This document shows positions 36,681 to 38,611 of a stretch of DNA of 38,611 bases, in pieces. The number at the start of each line of letters is the position of its first letter. Within the stretch, counting starts at the first letter, position 1. The notes under the pieces were generated by a model. That model saw only the letters and a list, made by a program, of their open reading frames with translations. It was not told where the DNA came from and did not search any database. The stretch is from Chiloscyllium plagiosum (Eukaryota). Both the position numbers and the translations under genes were made by a program. Location of the stretch: assembly GCF_004010195.1 (NCBI RefSeq), contig NC_057752.1, positions 7,033,971 through 7,072,581 on the forward strand, read 5' to 3'.

Positions 36681-37700
36681 AGTTAAAAATCACACAACAC
36701 CACGTTATAGTCCAACAGGTTTAATTGGAAGCACTAGCTTTCGGAACACTGCTCCTTCGTCAGGCGGTTGTGGAGGTTAAGATCATGCTCACAGAATTTA
36801 TAGCCAAAGGAGTTCAGTGTCATGGAGATGTGATCCAGTAAACAATCTTAGATTAAAACTTTCATCTTTTATAATGGGGATATGCTGGTTTCTGTTCTTT
36901 GATATGTAAATCCCAGAACTTCTTTTAAATTACATTCTCAAGATAGCTCAGCTTTTTAAACAATAGGTGTGAAGTCTGTCTGTGTCCCACTGCAATGTCA
37001 GACTGACAAACCCTCTGTGTAGTTTTACATGGACTCATGCAGTTTTTGAGCAAAATAAAATGTAATTCTGCAGAAACAGATTCACCCCATAAGCTTATAT
37101 GTGTGTGTATGTAGGAGCGACAGATTGAGTGGGCATGTGTGTGCTTGTGGGTGTGAGTACACGTGATAGAGTGTGTGTAAGCTTGGTTAAATTTGTGTGA
37201 GAGTGTGATGGGATATGTGTGAGAGGGTGCGTGTGTTAGTGTGAGTATGGGGGATGAATGTGTGTGCATGAGAGAGAGCTTGTGTGTGAGGGAGGGTTTG
37301 CATAGGTGTGTCAGCATGTAGGAGTGTGTGGGTGTGTGTGCGTGTGTGTGTATTGTGTAGTGGGGTCACCTGTAGTGTGACATGAACCCAAGGTCCCTGT
37401 TGAGGCCATCCCCATGGGTACCGAACTTTGCTATTGGCTTCTGTTCGGCCACTCTGTTGTTGCTTGTCCCGAAGTCCGCCTTGGAGGATGGTCACCCGAA
37501 GGTCCAAGGCTGAATGTCCCGCACCTCTGAAGTGTTCCCCAAATGGGAGGGAACACTCCTGTCTGGTGATTGTTGTGTGGTATCCATTCAACCGTTGTTA
37601 TAGCGCCTGCTTGGTCTCACCAATGTACCATGCCTCAGGGCATCCTTGCCTGCAGCATATGAGACAGATCACATTGGATAAGTTACATGAGGACTCGCCA
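36681..37700 (-). mobile_element. Penelope-like element of a second family, with internal TG-rich tract (about 37095-37360)
   Basis: CLICCRQGCPEAWYIGETKQAL..RLNGYH...LPFGEHF GIY-YIG relic. Its terminus matches the arm at 36204. Confidence 0.85.
36732..36766 (-). ncRNA. Minimal hammerhead motif with intact core (AGCT palindrome variant)
   Basis: CGC-CTGACGA-A-GGAGC(AGT)GTTCC-GAAA-GC-TA-GTG. Confidence 0.65.
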
Positions 37701-37849
37701 CACCATGTACTCAGTGAGTATTCATGTGAGTAAAATACAACACTCAAAGGCCCTGAAAACTGAATTACTAACTCAATAGAATAACTGAGCTTAATTGATC
37801 AGCTACCGTAACTGAAGATCTTCCATCACCCTGTGGCCAACAGCAGAGT

Positions 37850-37970
37850 AATCCTGATGAAGGGTCTTGACCCAAAATGACGACTTCTCCACCTCCTGAT
37901 GCTGCTTAGCTTGCTATGTTCTTCCAACTTTCTGTTTGTCTACTTTGGATTCCAGTATCTGCACTATTTT
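37850..37970 (+). mobile_element. Penelope terminal fragment with a decayed hammerhead
   Basis: CTGATGA-A-GGGTC(TT)GACCC-AAAATGAC followed by GATGCTGCTTAGCTTGC. Confidence 0.65.
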
Positions 37971-38079
37971 TCTCCCAAGCAAAGTAATCTCATTGGTAGA
38001 ATTCAAAAGACCTGTGAGAAAGTGCCCTCATTCCCCTTAGTGATTGGACTCTTTCATACCTAAAATGTTCATTTTTGCC

Positions 38080-38611
38080 TATTTTTCCCACACTGAGGGA
38101 AAAACACTGAGTACAGTGCAGGAGAGAGAGAGAGAGAACCTGCACAGTTACCGCCTTTGCTGTTTGAATTTGTGTATCGCTTGACATCGGTGTGCATCTG
38201 GGAAAATTAACAAACAGTGAAATTCACAACTAATCTTGGAGGAACTGTTGGGCGAAGTTCACAGCACAGAATCAGATAAGTTAATTGTTGTTTTAAGTCT
38301 GTCCAAGAGAAAGGCTGCAGTAGTGAGTACAGTGGATTCAATCTTGATTATATGTTTTTGGAGATAAGTCTCTTGATTAAACTTAAAATATAAGCCATAG
38401 CTATTAATTTAACCTGGGGCAGTTTGTAGAGGAATAAGACGGTGTTATTTTCTGGGTCTGGAGATTGTGAAGGAGCAAAAATGGCCGTTGCAGTGATATG
38501 TACTTCTTGTCAGATATGGGAGTTTAAAGAGAGTTTAAGGGTTACTCCGGATTATATCTGCCATAAATGCTGTTGAATGTGAATCTTATCAGATTGAGTG
38601 GATCGGTTGGA
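38080..38611 (+). mobile_element. 5' end of a CR1 LINE (5' UTR + ORF1 zinc finger, premature stop)
   Basis: ATG at 38481 gives MAVAVICTSCQIWEFKESLRVTPDYICHKCC*, a CxxC...CxxC arrangement typical of the CR1 ORF1 N-terminus. Confidence 0.7.

Noticed and set aside
36020..38611. Exons of the human neighbours (PMEL upstream; RAB5B downstream, toward position 1)
   Set aside because: I found no recognisable exon; both flanks are largely explained by transposons.

Overview
Eukaryotic vertebrate DNA, most likely from a shark or other elasmobranch (inferred from the repeat families). The only intact gene is a complete 7-exon CDK2 on the minus strand (ATG at 35353, stop at 8590). I assembled it by hand: exons of 116+78+121+171+102+204+105 = 897 nt give 298 aa, all introns are GT-AG, and the exon sizes match human CDK2. 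A compact promoter (E2F site, CCAAT box, BANP-type CGCG motif) and a probable long 3' UTR flank it. The rest is mostly decayed mobile DNA: CR1 LINEs, a 5'-truncated L1, a Gypsy gag-pol relic, a solo LTR, HE1/V-SINEs, Deu-type SINEs and several Penelope-like elements carrying minimal hammerhead-ribozyme motifs. Best leads: (1) an apparent chimeric retrocopy of a whole pre-tRNA-Ile(AAT) (leader, tRNA, trailer, T6) fused to a full-length SINE; (2) an apparently ORF1-less LINE with a tRNA-like Pol III head, plus short head+tail derivatives; (3) hammerhead motifs with intact cores, one about 330 bp upstream of the CDK2 start codon; (4) a Penelope inverted-arm composite with a 15-bp target-site duplication (TSD). 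Nearly all listed ORFs are spurious or transposon remnants. No prokaryote-style novel system is supported. Repeat-family names come from my recall of motifs, not from a database search.
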